From positions 267 to 64,266 of the forward strand of contig DATDQB010000024.1 of the NCBI GenBank assembly GCA_035292445.1: a stretch of 64,000 nucleotides of DNA. The letters are read 5' to 3'. This DNA is from Candidatus Omnitrophota bacterium. Its GTDB lineage: Bacteria; Omnitrophota; Gorgyraeia; Zapsychrales; Zapsychraceae. A program made the translations under genes and the position numbers. Below are positions 32,314 through 41,850 of the stretch, one piece after another. The notes beneath the pieces are model-generated. The model saw only the letters and a list, made by a program, of their open reading frames with translations. It ran no database searches and was not told the origin of the DNA. How positions within the stretch are numbered: the first letter of the stretch is position 1; each line of letters opens with the position of its first letter.

Positions 32314-32841
32314 ATGAAAATGATGGTGAAAAATTCGAGAAGCGGTTTTACGCTGGTGGAAGCCATGGTGGCCGTGATCCTGTTTTCGTTGCTATTCGGG
32401 GCCAGTATGCTGATCTACTTATCCGGCAACGAATCTTGGCATACCAATAGCGTCCGGCTCGAGCTGCAGCAGGAAATACGCAAAGGCATGAGCAAGGTCA
32501 TGGATGATCTGCGGCAAGCCGGAACATCAGTTGTCAGCATTAATGCGGATGGCACGTGGAATCCAACGATCTCGTTCCGCACGGTCACTGGGGTCTCCGG
32601 AGGCAGCGCGAGCTGGTCAACGAACCTCATCACGTATTCTGTGAGCAGCGATCAATTGGTCCGTCAGGTCGGTCTTTCTACGCCTGGTGTGGTTGCCATT
32701 GATATCGACTCTGTTCAATTCAGGCGGCAGGCATCAACGCCGGATATTGTTGAAGTGAATTTAGTGGCCCAAGGCACGACCTATAGAGGGCGCACGCTGA
32801 GCATATCGGCTGATTTTTCAATTCAATTAAGGAATGGGTGA
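32314..32841 (+). CDS. Type IV minor pilin (PilW-like)
   Basis: RSG/FTLVEAMVAVILF, DDLRQAG. Confidence 0.85.
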   Translation: MKMMVKNSRSGFTLVEAMVAVILFSLLFGASMLIYLSGNESWHTNSVRLELQQEIRKGMSKVMDDLRQAGTSVVSINADGTWNPTISFRTVTGVSGGSASWSTNLITYSVSSDQLVRQVGLSTPGVVAIDIDSVQFRRQASTPDIVEVNLVAQGTTYRGRTLSISADFSIQLRNG

Positions 32842-34358
32842 TACCTATGAACTGGGACATGATAATGAGCAAGAGATTAAGCAATGAAAAGGGCAGTTTA
32901 CTGATGATAACGTATATGATCATCGTCGTGTTCGTCGTTTTTGGTGCTATTTTTGTGGTCTCAACAGGCAATGACCGGCTGTTTGCCGAACGCCAGCGGC
33001 TGTCCACACAGGCGTTGTACATCGCGGAAGCCGGTATTGAGCGGGCCATTTATGATCTGCGCGAGGATTTTATTAATGATCCGACACCCGAATGGGATGA
33101 CGGCAATATTAACGGGATGATGATCGGCCCCAATACCGCCAGCTTTTTTACGGTTTCTTACACGGGAACAACGCTGAATAACGGCAGTTATACGGTGGAA
33201 TTGAAAAATGTGGCCGGACAAGATGATATCTGGATCCGCTCAACAGGCACATTAAACGATATCACGGAAACACTCCTTGTTTATGCCTCTATGAGTAACG
33301 TGGCGCCCTGGAATAACGCGATCTTTGGAGGTGCCGGGGCTGCCGGCGGTATGGTCAATGGCAATGTGAATATCCGCGGGTCGGTCCATATTCTAGGAGA
33401 AAATTTGGCGCCCACTGATCTAGCGGTGGACCTAGGCGGAACGGCGGATCTGATCGGAAATAATTATGATGGTCTGTCGGCCTCTTTATTGGCAAAAGTT
33501 CCTGCGTTGCCGACAGTCGATTTTAACGGAGAGACCGTCTCAACACTCAATGCCGAGTTGCGCGTTAAACACGGGCTTGTCGGGTTAAGCGGTTCCGCGA
33601 CCGCCGGTAATCCTGATGTCTTTGGAGACAGTGAAAAGGAAACCATCGATGGGAGCTTTGTTACCGATGGTTTTGGAGGGTCGATGGGCACCGCCAATGT
33701 CTATTCGGATAATGGCTGGTCGAATAATTATGATCTGGGTGATTCGGTCACTTTCCCAAGCTTATCCGATCCGTACGGAGCTTATTCAACATATCAAGCT
33801 TATTTAAAAGCCAATGCTTTGGTCATTAATAATGCGGCCGATTTGGCCCAGTTGTCCAGTATTACGCCGACGTCAAGTTTTAGTTACAGCAATGCCAATG
33901 GGAGCATATCAATGGATGGCAGCGGGAATATGGCCATCAGCGGCATTGTTTATGTCGAAGGCGGTAATTTTAATATGTCTAAGCAAGGCGCTGCTACAAC
34001 TATTAATTATACGGGTGTGGGGTCTATTTTAGTTGAAGGGACCTCCCAAATTGATCTGAATCTCGTTACTCCAGGGAACAGTTCTTATCCCACCAATATC
34101 ATGGCTGTCATGACGCCTAATTCGATCGGGTTCAACGAAGCCAATATCGACGTGATGGGGCTTTTTTATGCTGAAGATACGGTCGTTATACAAAAACAGA
34201 CCGATATCATGGGGACGATCGTCACTAACTATTTTGACATGGGTACGAACGTTCCTTCCATCTTCCAAGTTCCGGAAACAGCCAATAATTTGCCTGCCGG
34301 GCTAATCGGCAACGCTCCGGTTTATTCGTTTCGTATCGTTTCCTGGCAAAAGCAGTAA
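32838..34358 (+). CDS. PilX-like protein with a large beta-rich C-terminal domain
   Basis: NEKG/SLLMITYMII, ALYIAEAGIERA, IRSTG, terminal IVSWQ. True start may be 32859-32865. Confidence 0.8.
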   Translation: MIPMNWDMIMSKRLSNEKGSLLMITYMIIVVFVVFGAIFVVSTGNDRLFAERQRLSTQALYIAEAGIERAIYDLREDFINDPTPEWDDGNINGMMIGPNTASFFTVSYTGTTLNNGSYTVELKNVAGQDDIWIRSTGTLNDITETLLVYASMSNVAPWNNAIFGGAGAAGGMVNGNVNIRGSVHILGENLAPTDLAVDLGGTADLIGNNYDGLSASLLAKVPALPTVDFNGETVSTLNAELRVKHGLVGLSGSATAGNPDVFGDSEKETIDGSFVTDGFGGSMGTANVYSDNGWSNNYDLGDSVTFPSLSDPYGAYSTYQAYLKANALVINNAADLAQLSSITPTSSFSYSNANGSISMDGSGNMAISGIVYVEGGNFNMSKQGAATTINYTGVGSILVEGTSQIDLNLVTPGNSSYPTNIMAVMTPNSIGFNEANIDVMGLFYAEDTVVIQKQTDIMGTIVTNYFDMGTNVPSIFQVPETANNLPAGLIGNAPVYSFRIVSWQKQ

Positions 34359-34420
34359 TTTGAATATGTGCTTGTAAGGAAATTTCCCGCCCACTATAAT
34401 AAGTAAAAATCGCAATTGTT

Positions 34421-34669
34421 ATGAGCTTATCAACTGAAGAAAAGCAGCTTTTGCTGTCGCGCAGCCGAAGATTTCTTAATTATCTGGTCTTGAAGATCGG
34501 ATTATTTGCCATCGCCTCTGTTTGGGCTGTCGCCGATTTTGTCAACAGAGGGATTGCTATGCGCGTTGTCTACGTTGTGGTCGTTCTGGGGCTAATTTTT
34601 TACATTTACTTTTATTTGGACAGCAGGAAATATTTTCAGCACATCGACAAGATCGTTAAGTCTCAATAA
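34421..34669 (+). CDS. Small two-TM hypothetical protein
   Basis: 82 aa, two hydrophobic segments, stop overlaps the next start. Confidence 0.6.
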   Translation: MSLSTEEKQLLLSRSRRFLNYLVLKIGLFAIASVWAVADFVNRGIAMRVVYVVVVLGLIFYIYFYLDSRKYFQHIDKIVKSQ

Positions 34670-35358
34670 TGAATATTAAAATCATCTCTTCTATGGCGGT
34701 TTTGGCGGGATTGTTGTTAAGCTCCCACGCTCATGCCGCGCCGGCCTACGGGCCCAAATTGCCTGAGCGTAACCAGTTCCATCTGGGATTTCAATCGCAT
34801 ACTGTTTTTGAGCGCGAGCTATACCATGGGCATGGAGAAATGCGCAGCCAGCAGCAGTTCTTGCTCATCACCTACGGCATCACGGATTGGCTGTCGTTGG
34901 ACCTTAAAGCCGGCGGGGGAGATATCGAGCAAGAAAATGATTCAGGAAGCGAGTTCAAATACCCGACATATTTGGCGGGTGGCTATGGATTTCGTATCAA
35001 GCTGCTGGATAAAGAAAATACACGAGGTGTTTTTGGCTTCCAGCATATCAGCGCGCACCCTCGCCATATTGTTGTCAATGGCGTCAAGCACAAAGCGGTC
35101 CTGGATGATTGGCAGTTTTCGTTCTTAATATCGCACCAATTAGGTAAGTTCGAACCCTACGCCGGTGTCCGTTGGTCGCGGATGGATCACATCCATTGGG
35201 CGGATAATGTCCGCAAAAGGGTCAGATCAGACCTTGATAAAAGTACCGGCGCCATCCTAGGATTCAATCTTTATTTAAAGGATAACGTCTGGCTGAACGT
35301 CGAAGGCAACGCTTTCGACACCGAGGCCCTGGCCGCCGGCATCAATTTTCATTTTTAG
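34669..35358 (+). CDS. Outer-membrane beta-barrel protein
   Basis: Signal peptide (AHA-A), alternating beta strands, EPYAGVRW, C-terminal AAGINFHF. Confidence 0.75.
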   Translation: MNIKIISSMAVLAGLLLSSHAHAAPAYGPKLPERNQFHLGFQSHTVFERELYHGHGEMRSQQQFLLITYGITDWLSLDLKAGGGDIEQENDSGSEFKYPTYLAGGYGFRIKLLDKENTRGVFGFQHISAHPRHIVVNGVKHKAVLDDWQFSFLISHQLGKFEPYAGVRWSRMDHIHWADNVRKRVRSDLDKSTGAILGFNLYLKDNVWLNVEGNAFDTEALAAGINFHF

Positions 35359-35366
35359 AGGTCACC

Positions 35367-36218
35367 ATGAATAACGCCATCCTATTGATCTCCTGCCCGG
35401 ACCAAAGAGGCATCACTGCCGGGATCACGGATTTTATCTACAAGAATAACGGCAATATCCTCCACGCCGACCAGCACATCGATGACCAGCATAACATTTT
35501 CTTCATGCGCGTGGAGTGGTCCTTGGATAATTTTAAGCTGAAAGTCGAGGATATTTCCGCCACTTTCAAGCCATTGGCTCAGAAATTCAAGATGTCTTGG
35601 GAGCTTTATTTTACCGGCGAGAAACTGCGCGCCGGAATTTTCGTTTCAAAACCGCTTCATTGCCTGTATGACCTTCTATCGCGTCAAATGACGGGCCAGC
35701 TGGGCTGTTTGTTCCCCCTTATTATCAGCAACCACCGTGAGGCGGGGGAACTGGCCACGAAATTCGGCATCAAGTTCCACTATCTTCCCATAGACGCCCA
35801 AAACAAAAAAGAACAGGAAAAGAAGGAATTGGAGATCCTGAAGAAAGAAAGGATCGATCTCATCATTTTGGCCCGCTACCACCAGATCCTATCGAGATCA
35901 TTCATTGAGCATTACCCGCACCAGATCATCAACATCCACCATTCGTTCTTACCCGCTTTTGCCGGTAAAGACCCTTACGCCCAAGCGTATGCCAAAGGCG
36001 TCAAGCTCATCGGTGCCACCAGCCATTATGTCAACGAAGAGCTGGACCAGGGGCCCATCATTGAGCAGGGCACGGTCCGGGTGAGCCATCGCGACAGCCT
36101 TGAGGACCTCAAGGATAAGGGGCAGGACCTGGAAAAAATTGTCCTTTATCGGGCGGTGCGCCTTCATATCGAACGCAAGATCCTTTGTTACCATAACAAA
36201 ACGGTCGTCTTCGGTTAA
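35367..36218 (+). CDS. purU: Formyltetrahydrofolate deformylase
   Basis: SCPDQRGI ACT domain, LARYHQIL, INIHHSFLPAF, GVKLIGATSHYV, LDQGPIIEQ. Confidence 0.96.
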   Translation: MNNAILLISCPDQRGITAGITDFIYKNNGNILHADQHIDDQHNIFFMRVEWSLDNFKLKVEDISATFKPLAQKFKMSWELYFTGEKLRAGIFVSKPLHCLYDLLSRQMTGQLGCLFPLIISNHREAGELATKFGIKFHYLPIDAQNKKEQEKKELEILKKERIDLIILARYHQILSRSFIEHYPHQIINIHHSFLPAFAGKDPYAQAYAKGVKLIGATSHYVNEELDQGPIIEQGTVRVSHRDSLEDLKDKGQDLEKIVLYRAVRLHIERKILCYHNKTVVFG

Positions 36219-36344
36219 TTTTCTTTAATTTTCCCCTTCGCGTCAATTTTTACTTCTCTTCAAGTTTTTTATTTATTCCCTTGATTAGTGTTAACCAACA
36301 AATTTATAATTATATAAAAGTTGGTTAATAAGGAGGCTTTATCC

Positions 36345-36719
36345 ATGAAAGAGCGTTTGGAGCGTGAGTTGAAAAGGCTGCGGGCCGCTTACACAAGCAG
36401 CCGGCGCTCTTACCAGAGGTTCAAAAAGGGGTGTTTGGTCAAGAAAACCATCAAAGGCCGGCCGTATTATTACTTGGCCCAACGGCAGGGGAAAAAGGTT
36501 TTTTATACCTATCGGGGGAAGCTGGGCAAGAGAGAGATCGAAAGGTATGAGGCGGACAGGTGCCGGAGGAAAGATTGTTCTTGCGCGCTTAAAAACTTAA
36601 GAGAACAGATCGTTTGGCGGGAGCGGTTGATGAAAATTTTGCAGAGGGTGGAAGCTCATCCGCTGGATCTCGGTATTTTTGGGCCCGGCATCATACGCCT
36701 GGAGTTCCCAAAATTATAA
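36345..36719 (+). CDS. Basic hypothetical protein, possibly nucleic-acid binding
   Basis: AAGGAGG then ATG at 36345; KGCLVKKTIKGRPYYYL...YRGK pattern; Arg/Lys rich. Confidence 0.6.
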   Translation: MKERLERELKRLRAAYTSSRRSYQRFKKGCLVKKTIKGRPYYYLAQRQGKKVFYTYRGKLGKREIERYEADRCRRKDCSCALKNLREQIVWRERLMKILQRVEAHPLDLGIFGPGIIRLEFPKL

Positions 36720-36883
36720 GTATTAATATTATAATTAAACTTTACACCTCTTTTCCTCTTTGATATAAATTAAGTTGAATTTAAGATGAAAAGTTGCTCC
36801 TCCACCCCTTAGAACATCCGGAAAATCCATATTGCAATTTCCGGATAAATCTTATAGTATAAAAAGCCGTATTTTTATTAGGT

Positions 36884-37246
36884 ATGCCGACATTCATTCA
36901 AAAACCGACAGAGATCAAAGCGCACGGCAGTATCCCGAAAATCATCAGGGAATATATCGGCCGCGTTAACTCGAAGACCGAAGCCCTTAGCCTTGCCCAT
37001 ATGGTGAGCCCGGGCGGCTGGCAAGAACCGGGGCAAACTCCTGATTTTGACGAGTATACGCTGGTCCTTAAGGGATTGTTACACGTTAAGACCAGGCAGA
37101 AGACATTTGAGGTGAAGGCGGGAGAGGCTTTTGTGGCCCATCAAGGGGAATGGGTGCAATACAGCACCCCCAACAAGGAAGGCGCCGAATATATTGCCGT
37201 TTGCCATCCAGCTTTTTCGCCCGATACGGTGCATCGGGATAAATAA
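36884..37246 (+). CDS. Cupin domain protein (EutQ-like)
   Basis: EPGQTPDFDEYTLVLKG, GEWVQYSTP, YIAVCHPAFSP. Confidence 0.85.
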   Translation: MPTFIQKPTEIKAHGSIPKIIREYIGRVNSKTEALSLAHMVSPGGWQEPGQTPDFDEYTLVLKGLLHVKTRQKTFEVKAGEAFVAHQGEWVQYSTPNKEGAEYIAVCHPAFSPDTVHRDK

Positions 37247-37249
37247 AGA

Positions 37250-37322
37250 TGGGCCATGCAGGACTCGAACCTGCCACCCAGTGATTAAGAGTCACTTGCT
37301 CTACCAGATGAGCTAATGGCCC
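37250..37322 (-). tRNA. tRNA-Lys (CTT), CCA not encoded
   Basis: Reverse complement GGGCCATTAGCTCATCTGGTAGAGCAAGTGACT-CTT-AATCACTGGGTGGCAGGTTCGAGTCCTGCATGGCCCA folds as a cloverleaf. Confidence 0.96.
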
Positions 37323-37368
37323 GGAGGGTGATATTTATAACAAACTTTAAGGACGCTGTAAAGACATT

Positions 37369-37854
37369 TAAGCAGTAAGTCGTAAGCGGTAAGCGGTAAG
37401 TTTTTTAAAAAAAGGTTCATCCCCCTCATAAACAAGAATAAATAAACAGGAGGGGAAAATGAAAGTAAAAACGTTTCAAGATTTGGTTGTTTGGCAAAAA
37501 GCACATGCATTTGTTTTAGAAGTGTATAAATTGACGAGACAATTTCCAGAGGAAGAACGGTTTGGGGTAACTACTCAGGTGCGCAGATCATCTGTTTCAA
37601 TTTGCGCAAATATAGTTGAAGGCTATAAAAAGAGCGATAGAGAGTTTTTAAGGTTTTTAGATATATCCCAAGCCTCGTTAGAAGAAACAAAATATCATTT
37701 AATTTTAAGTAAGGACTTAGGGTACTGTTTGCACAATACGTTCAATGAATTAACGGAAATATGTGATGAGTTGGGTAGAATGATAAATGGATTAATGAGA
37801 GCAATTAGAGCAAGCAAAACTTAACGCTTACTACTTACTGCTTACAGCTTATTG
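37369..37854. repeat. Inverted heptamer arrays (TAAGCGG-like / CTTACNG-like) flanking a four-helix-bundle gene
   Basis: taagcag taagtcg taagcgg taagcgg at 37369-37400; cttaacg cttacta cttactg cttacag at 37820-37854. Confidence 0.8.
37459..37824 (+). CDS. Four helix bundle protein (23S rRNA IVP-like family)
   Basis: FQDLVVWQKAH, FPEEERFGVTTQVRRSSVSICANIVEG, FLDISQASLEE. Confidence 0.92.
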   Translation: MKVKTFQDLVVWQKAHAFVLEVYKLTRQFPEEERFGVTTQVRRSSVSICANIVEGYKKSDREFLRFLDISQASLEETKYHLILSKDLGYCLHNTFNELTEICDELGRMINGLMRAIRASKT

Positions 37855-37877
37855 CTCAAATGGCTTGAAGGAGGAAT

Positions 37878-38693
37878 ATGGCTTCTATTAATATTGAGGA
37901 GTTTAAAAGTTTAGCCAAAGATTTCCGTAAACAAATCCTCGAAGTGACGCATGCCGCCGGAAGCGGCCATCCCGGAGGTTCCCTCTCGGCCGTTGAAATT
38001 CTTATAAGCTTATATGGCTATAAAATGAAACATAATCCCAAAGATCCAACCTGGGATGATCGGGACCGGCTGATCATCTCCAAAGGCCATTGCACACCGG
38101 TGGCGTATGTAACCTTAGCCAACTATGGGTATTTCCCCAAAGAGGAACTGAAAAGTTTCAGGAAATTAGGCAGCCGTTTGCAGGGCCATGTTCATATTTA
38201 TGCACCGGGGATTGAATTTAATACGGGTTCGTTGGGGCATGGTTTATCGGTTGCCAATGGCTGTGCGCTGGGCGCACGCCTGCGTCAAAAGAATTTCAAA
38301 GTCTATTGTCTGTTGGGCGACGGGGAATTGCAGGAAGGCTCCGTTTGGGAGGCGGCGATGAACGCGTCTCACCAGAAATTGGATAATATTTGCGCTATTG
38401 TCGATTACAACAAAGTCCAGCAGAACGGGCCCGTCAATGAGATCAAAAATTTGGAACCATTGGCGAAGCGTTGGGAAAGTTTCGGTTGGGAAGTGGAAGA
38501 GATCGATGGCCACGATTTCAATCAGCTTATGAAAGCGTTGGATAAATTCGATTCGGTTAAAGGCAAGCCTTATATGATCATCGCCAATACCTTAAAAGGC
38601 AAGGGCGTTTCGTTTATGGAATTGAATCCGGCGTGGCATGGCAAGGCGCCGAATGATGAAGAATTAAAGAAAGCGTTGGCGGAATTGAAATAA
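37878..38693 (+). CDS. Transketolase N-terminal subunit
   Basis: GHPGGSLS, DRLIISKGH, TGSLGHGL, TPP motif GDGELQEG, TLKGKGV. Confidence 0.95.
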   Translation: MASINIEEFKSLAKDFRKQILEVTHAAGSGHPGGSLSAVEILISLYGYKMKHNPKDPTWDDRDRLIISKGHCTPVAYVTLANYGYFPKEELKSFRKLGSRLQGHVHIYAPGIEFNTGSLGHGLSVANGCALGARLRQKNFKVYCLLGDGELQEGSVWEAAMNASHQKLDNICAIVDYNKVQQNGPVNEIKNLEPLAKRWESFGWEVEEIDGHDFNQLMKALDKFDSVKGKPYMIIANTLKGKGVSFMELNPAWHGKAPNDEELKKALAELK

Positions 38694-38696
38694 CAA

Positions 38697-38759
38697 TGTA
38701 GGGGCGGGCCTTGCGTCCGCCCAGAAGATATTGGGCAACCGCAAGGGGTTGCCCCTACA
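38697..38759. repeat. GTAG-family REP doublet (REPIN-like)
   Basis: TGTAGGGGCGGGCCTTGCGTCCGCCC...GGGCAACCGCAAGGGGTTGCCCCTACA. Confidence 0.85.
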
Positions 38760-38781
38760 ATATTTCATCTAGGAGAATATT

Positions 38782-39738
38782 ATGTCAGAAATGCTACCAA
38801 CCCGTGACGGCTACGGAAAAGCGTTAGTCGAATGCGGCAAAAAAGATAAAAGGATTGTCGTTGTATCCGCCGACCTGGAAGATTCCACCCGCAGCAAATG
38901 GTTTGCCGAACAATTCCCCGAACGTGCCTTCACCGTCGGCATTGCCGAGCAGGACATGGTCGGCACCGCTGCCGGGTTGACCTTGAACGGCTTTACGGTG
39001 TTCATCAACTCATTCGCCGTATTTATGACGAACCGCGCGTATGACATGCTGCGCCTGGACGTTTGCTATAATAACCGAAATGTTAAGGTCATTTGCTCCC
39101 ATGCGGGGCTTACGGTCGGTGAAGACGGCGCCTCGGCCCAGTGTTTGGAAGACCTGGCGTTGATGCGGGTCCTGCCGAACATGAAAGTCGTCGTTCCCGT
39201 TGATGCCATTGAAGCGGCCAAGGCGACGCGCGCGTTTGCGGAAGAAGAAGGCCCCATGTACATGCGCACCAGCCGCGGGCCGTTTCCGGTTCTGACAAAA
39301 GAAACCGATCCCTTTGAGATCGGTCAAGCTAACGTTTTACGTGAAGGGAAAGACGTTACGATCATCGCCTGCGGGATCATGGTTTCCGAAAGCTTAAAGG
39401 CGGCGGAGCTGCTTAAAAAAGAAAAGATCGATGCCAAAGTCGTTAATATGCACACGATCAAACCTATTGACGAAACAATGATCGTTCAATCGGCCGTTTC
39501 TACTGGTGCGATTGTCACCGCCGAAGAGCACCAGGTCCACGGTGGGCTGGGAAGCGCGGTCGCGGAAGTCGTCACCAGGAAAGCCCCCGTTCCCATGGAA
39601 ATGGTCGCCGTCATGGATACATTCGGCGAATCAGGCAAGCCCGATGAATTATTGAAGGTGTATCACCTGAAAGACGTGGATATTGTGGCAGCGGTCAAAA
39701 AGGTTCTCAAACGGAAATTCGATACGGCCAAGGTCTAG
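38782..39738 (+). CDS. Transketolase C-terminal subunit
   Basis: VGIAEQDM, HAGLTVGEDGASAQ, TIKPID, EEHQVHGGLGSAV. Confidence 0.95.
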   Translation: MSEMLPTRDGYGKALVECGKKDKRIVVVSADLEDSTRSKWFAEQFPERAFTVGIAEQDMVGTAAGLTLNGFTVFINSFAVFMTNRAYDMLRLDVCYNNRNVKVICSHAGLTVGEDGASAQCLEDLALMRVLPNMKVVVPVDAIEAAKATRAFAEEEGPMYMRTSRGPFPVLTKETDPFEIGQANVLREGKDVTIIACGIMVSESLKAAELLKKEKIDAKVVNMHTIKPIDETMIVQSAVSTGAIVTAEEHQVHGGLGSAVAEVVTRKAPVPMEMVAVMDTFGESGKPDELLKVYHLKDVDIVAAVKKVLKRKFDTAKV

Positions 39739-39746
39739 GAGGGCAT

Positions 39747-40880
39747 ATGTCCCAATCAACGATGCAGCAGTTAGCACAGCACGGGCAAAGCGCGTGGCTT
39801 GATTTTATCAGCCGCTCGATGCTGGACTCGGGAAAACTCGAGGAGCTTATCCAAAATGGTTTGCGCGGCATGACCTCGAACCCGTCCATTTTTAACAACG
39901 CCATCGGCCAGACGAACGAGTATGACGAACAGATCATCAAATACAAACATCAGGGCAAGTCAACTTTTGAAATTTACGATGAATTGACGATCAAAGATAT
40001 TCAGGAGGCCTGCGACCTCTTTGCCGAGGTGTACAAAAAGACCAACCGTTTGGACGGTTACGTCAGCCTCGAGATTAACCCCAAACTGGCCAATAAGGTC
40101 GGTGAACAGATCGATGAGGGCCTGCGGCTTTTCAAGAAAGTCAAGCGGCCCAACTGCATGATCAAAGTCCCGTCAACCCAGGAAGGCTTTCCCGTTATCG
40201 AGGAGCTGATCGCCAACAAAGTGAACGTGAACGTCACATTGATCTTTTCGCTGGAACAGTACATGGAGACCGTTCAAGCGTATTTTCGCGGGCTGGATAG
40301 GCTTTCAAAGAAAGTGAACGATCTGAGCGTGGTCCGCTCGGTGGCGAGTGTTTTTGTCAGCCGGATCGATACGCTCGTTGACAAACAATTAAGCGAGCTT
40401 TTATCTAAAGAAAAAGATGAGACAAAAAAAGCCAAACTTCAACAGCTTAAAGGCAAAGCCGCGGTTGCCAACTGCCGCATCATTTTTGAGAAATTTAAAC
40501 AGCTTTTTTTCAGCGATGAGTTCAAGAGGCTATTCGATAAAGGCGCTAACGAACAGCGCGTCTTGTGGGGCTCGACCAGCACCAAGAACCCCGAGTACAA
40601 AGATATCAAATATGTCACGGAATTGATCACCAAACCGACGATCAACACGATTCCCGAAAAGACATTATACGCGTTTTTGGACCACGGCGAGGTCAAAGAG
40701 GCATTTGCCTATCCTGTTGAGGCAGCGGAAGAGACCATCGAAGAACTGCGCCAATGCGGCATCGATATCGATAAGGTGTGCCTGAAGCTGTTGGATGACG
40801 GAGTCGTGGCCTTTGAAGACGCCTTTGAAGCGTTGATGCACTCCATTGAGAAAAAAGCGGCCCAGCTTTCCTTAAGATAG
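39747..40880 (+). CDS. tal: Transaldolase
   Basis: GQSAWLD, GMTSNPSIF, MIKVPST, VNVTLIFS, VASVFVSRID, LWGSTSTKNP. Confidence 0.95.
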   Translation: MSQSTMQQLAQHGQSAWLDFISRSMLDSGKLEELIQNGLRGMTSNPSIFNNAIGQTNEYDEQIIKYKHQGKSTFEIYDELTIKDIQEACDLFAEVYKKTNRLDGYVSLEINPKLANKVGEQIDEGLRLFKKVKRPNCMIKVPSTQEGFPVIEELIANKVNVNVTLIFSLEQYMETVQAYFRGLDRLSKKVNDLSVVRSVASVFVSRIDTLVDKQLSELLSKEKDETKKAKLQQLKGKAAVANCRIIFEKFKQLFFSDEFKRLFDKGANEQRVLWGSTSTKNPEYKDIKYVTELITKPTINTIPEKTLYAFLDHGEVKEAFAYPVEAAEETIEELRQCGIDIDKVCLKLLDDGVVAFEDAFEALMHSIEKKAAQLSLR

Positions 40881-40887
40881 TTGCGGT

Positions 40888-41658
40888 ATGGACAATCGTA
40901 AAATCCTTATCTTCGAGAATTCATTCACCCTAACCAATTTTTTATTGAAAGAATGGGTAAGGACCGTTAATGAGGCCGTTGAAGACCATAACCGCTTTGT
41001 GGTCGCCTTATCCGGCGGGAAGACCCCGGCCGAGTTTTATACGCGCCTGTCGCACCTCGAAGAGTTCGATCTATGGCATAAAACCCATATTTTCCTGGCC
41101 GATGAGCATTTTGTCCCTTACGACGACCCGGAAAGCAACTTCCGGATGATCAACGATAACCTGCTTCATTACGTCCCTATCCCGCCTCAGAACGTCCATC
41201 CGATCAAGACAAAATATGAAAATGTCCTTATCGCGACCGAAGAGTATAAACATGAATTGATCTATTTCTTCGAATTAAAGGAGCGTAAGTTGCCGCGTTT
41301 CGATCTCATCATGCTGGGCATGGGCGAAGACGGCCAAGTCGCCTCTTTATTCCCCGGCGAGAAGGGCATTGATGACCCCAACCGTTTGACTATCCCTGTT
41401 TCTGCTTATCAAAGCCGGACCGAGCGCGTTAGCCTTTCTTTGCCGGTCATCAATAACGCCCGCACCGTAGTGTTTATCATTCAGGGCTTAAGAAAGGCGG
41501 ATATGGTAAAGAAAGTCCTTGAAGAGAACATTGATGTCCCGGCCCAACATGTCCATCCTGCCGATGGTCGACTGATGTTCCTGTTGGATAGAGAAGCCGC
41601 ATCCCGGTTATCCTCTCCCAGAAAGTTCACCGATCACGGTGAAGCCATTTCCATTTAG
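40888..41658 (+). CDS. pgl: 6-phosphogluconolactonase
   Basis: ALSGGKTP, DEHFVPYDDPESN, FDLIMLGMGEDGQVASLFP. Confidence 0.9.
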   Translation: MDNRKILIFENSFTLTNFLLKEWVRTVNEAVEDHNRFVVALSGGKTPAEFYTRLSHLEEFDLWHKTHIFLADEHFVPYDDPESNFRMINDNLLHYVPIPPQNVHPIKTKYENVLIATEEYKHELIYFFELKERKLPRFDLIMLGMGEDGQVASLFPGEKGIDDPNRLTIPVSAYQSRTERVSLSLPVINNARTVVFIIQGLRKADMVKKVLEENIDVPAQHVHPADGRLMFLLDREAASRLSSPRKFTDHGEAISI

Positions 41659-41751
41659 TCCTTCGACTCATTAATTTTTTTTATAGCCACTTACCGCTCA
41701 GGACTAATGGTGAGCAATAAAACTGGTGAAAAAATTTAGTTGTCGAACCAT
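41659..41751 (-). repeat. REP-like composite element, copy 2
   Basis: Minus strand reads ATGGTTCGAC...GCTCACCAT..CCTGAGC...GAGTCGAAGGA. Confidence 0.7.
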
Positions 41752-41850
41752 TAGCAAAGGCGTTTTTTGTTGAAAAATAAAAATCATGAAATACTTGTAT
41801 CGAGGGGCTTGCTCCATAAGTATAATTGTATTAATAATATTATTATAACT

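Noticed and set aside
36219-37322. Integrative island at tRNA-Lys
   Set aside because: No integrase and no duplicated tRNA 3' end seen.
37459-37824. Diversity-generating retroelement (Avd-like gene)
   Set aside because: No reverse transcriptase or TR/VR pair in the window.
37878-39738. Transketolase pseudogene split by a REP
   Set aside because: Two-subunit transketolases are common; both halves are intact with their own RBS.
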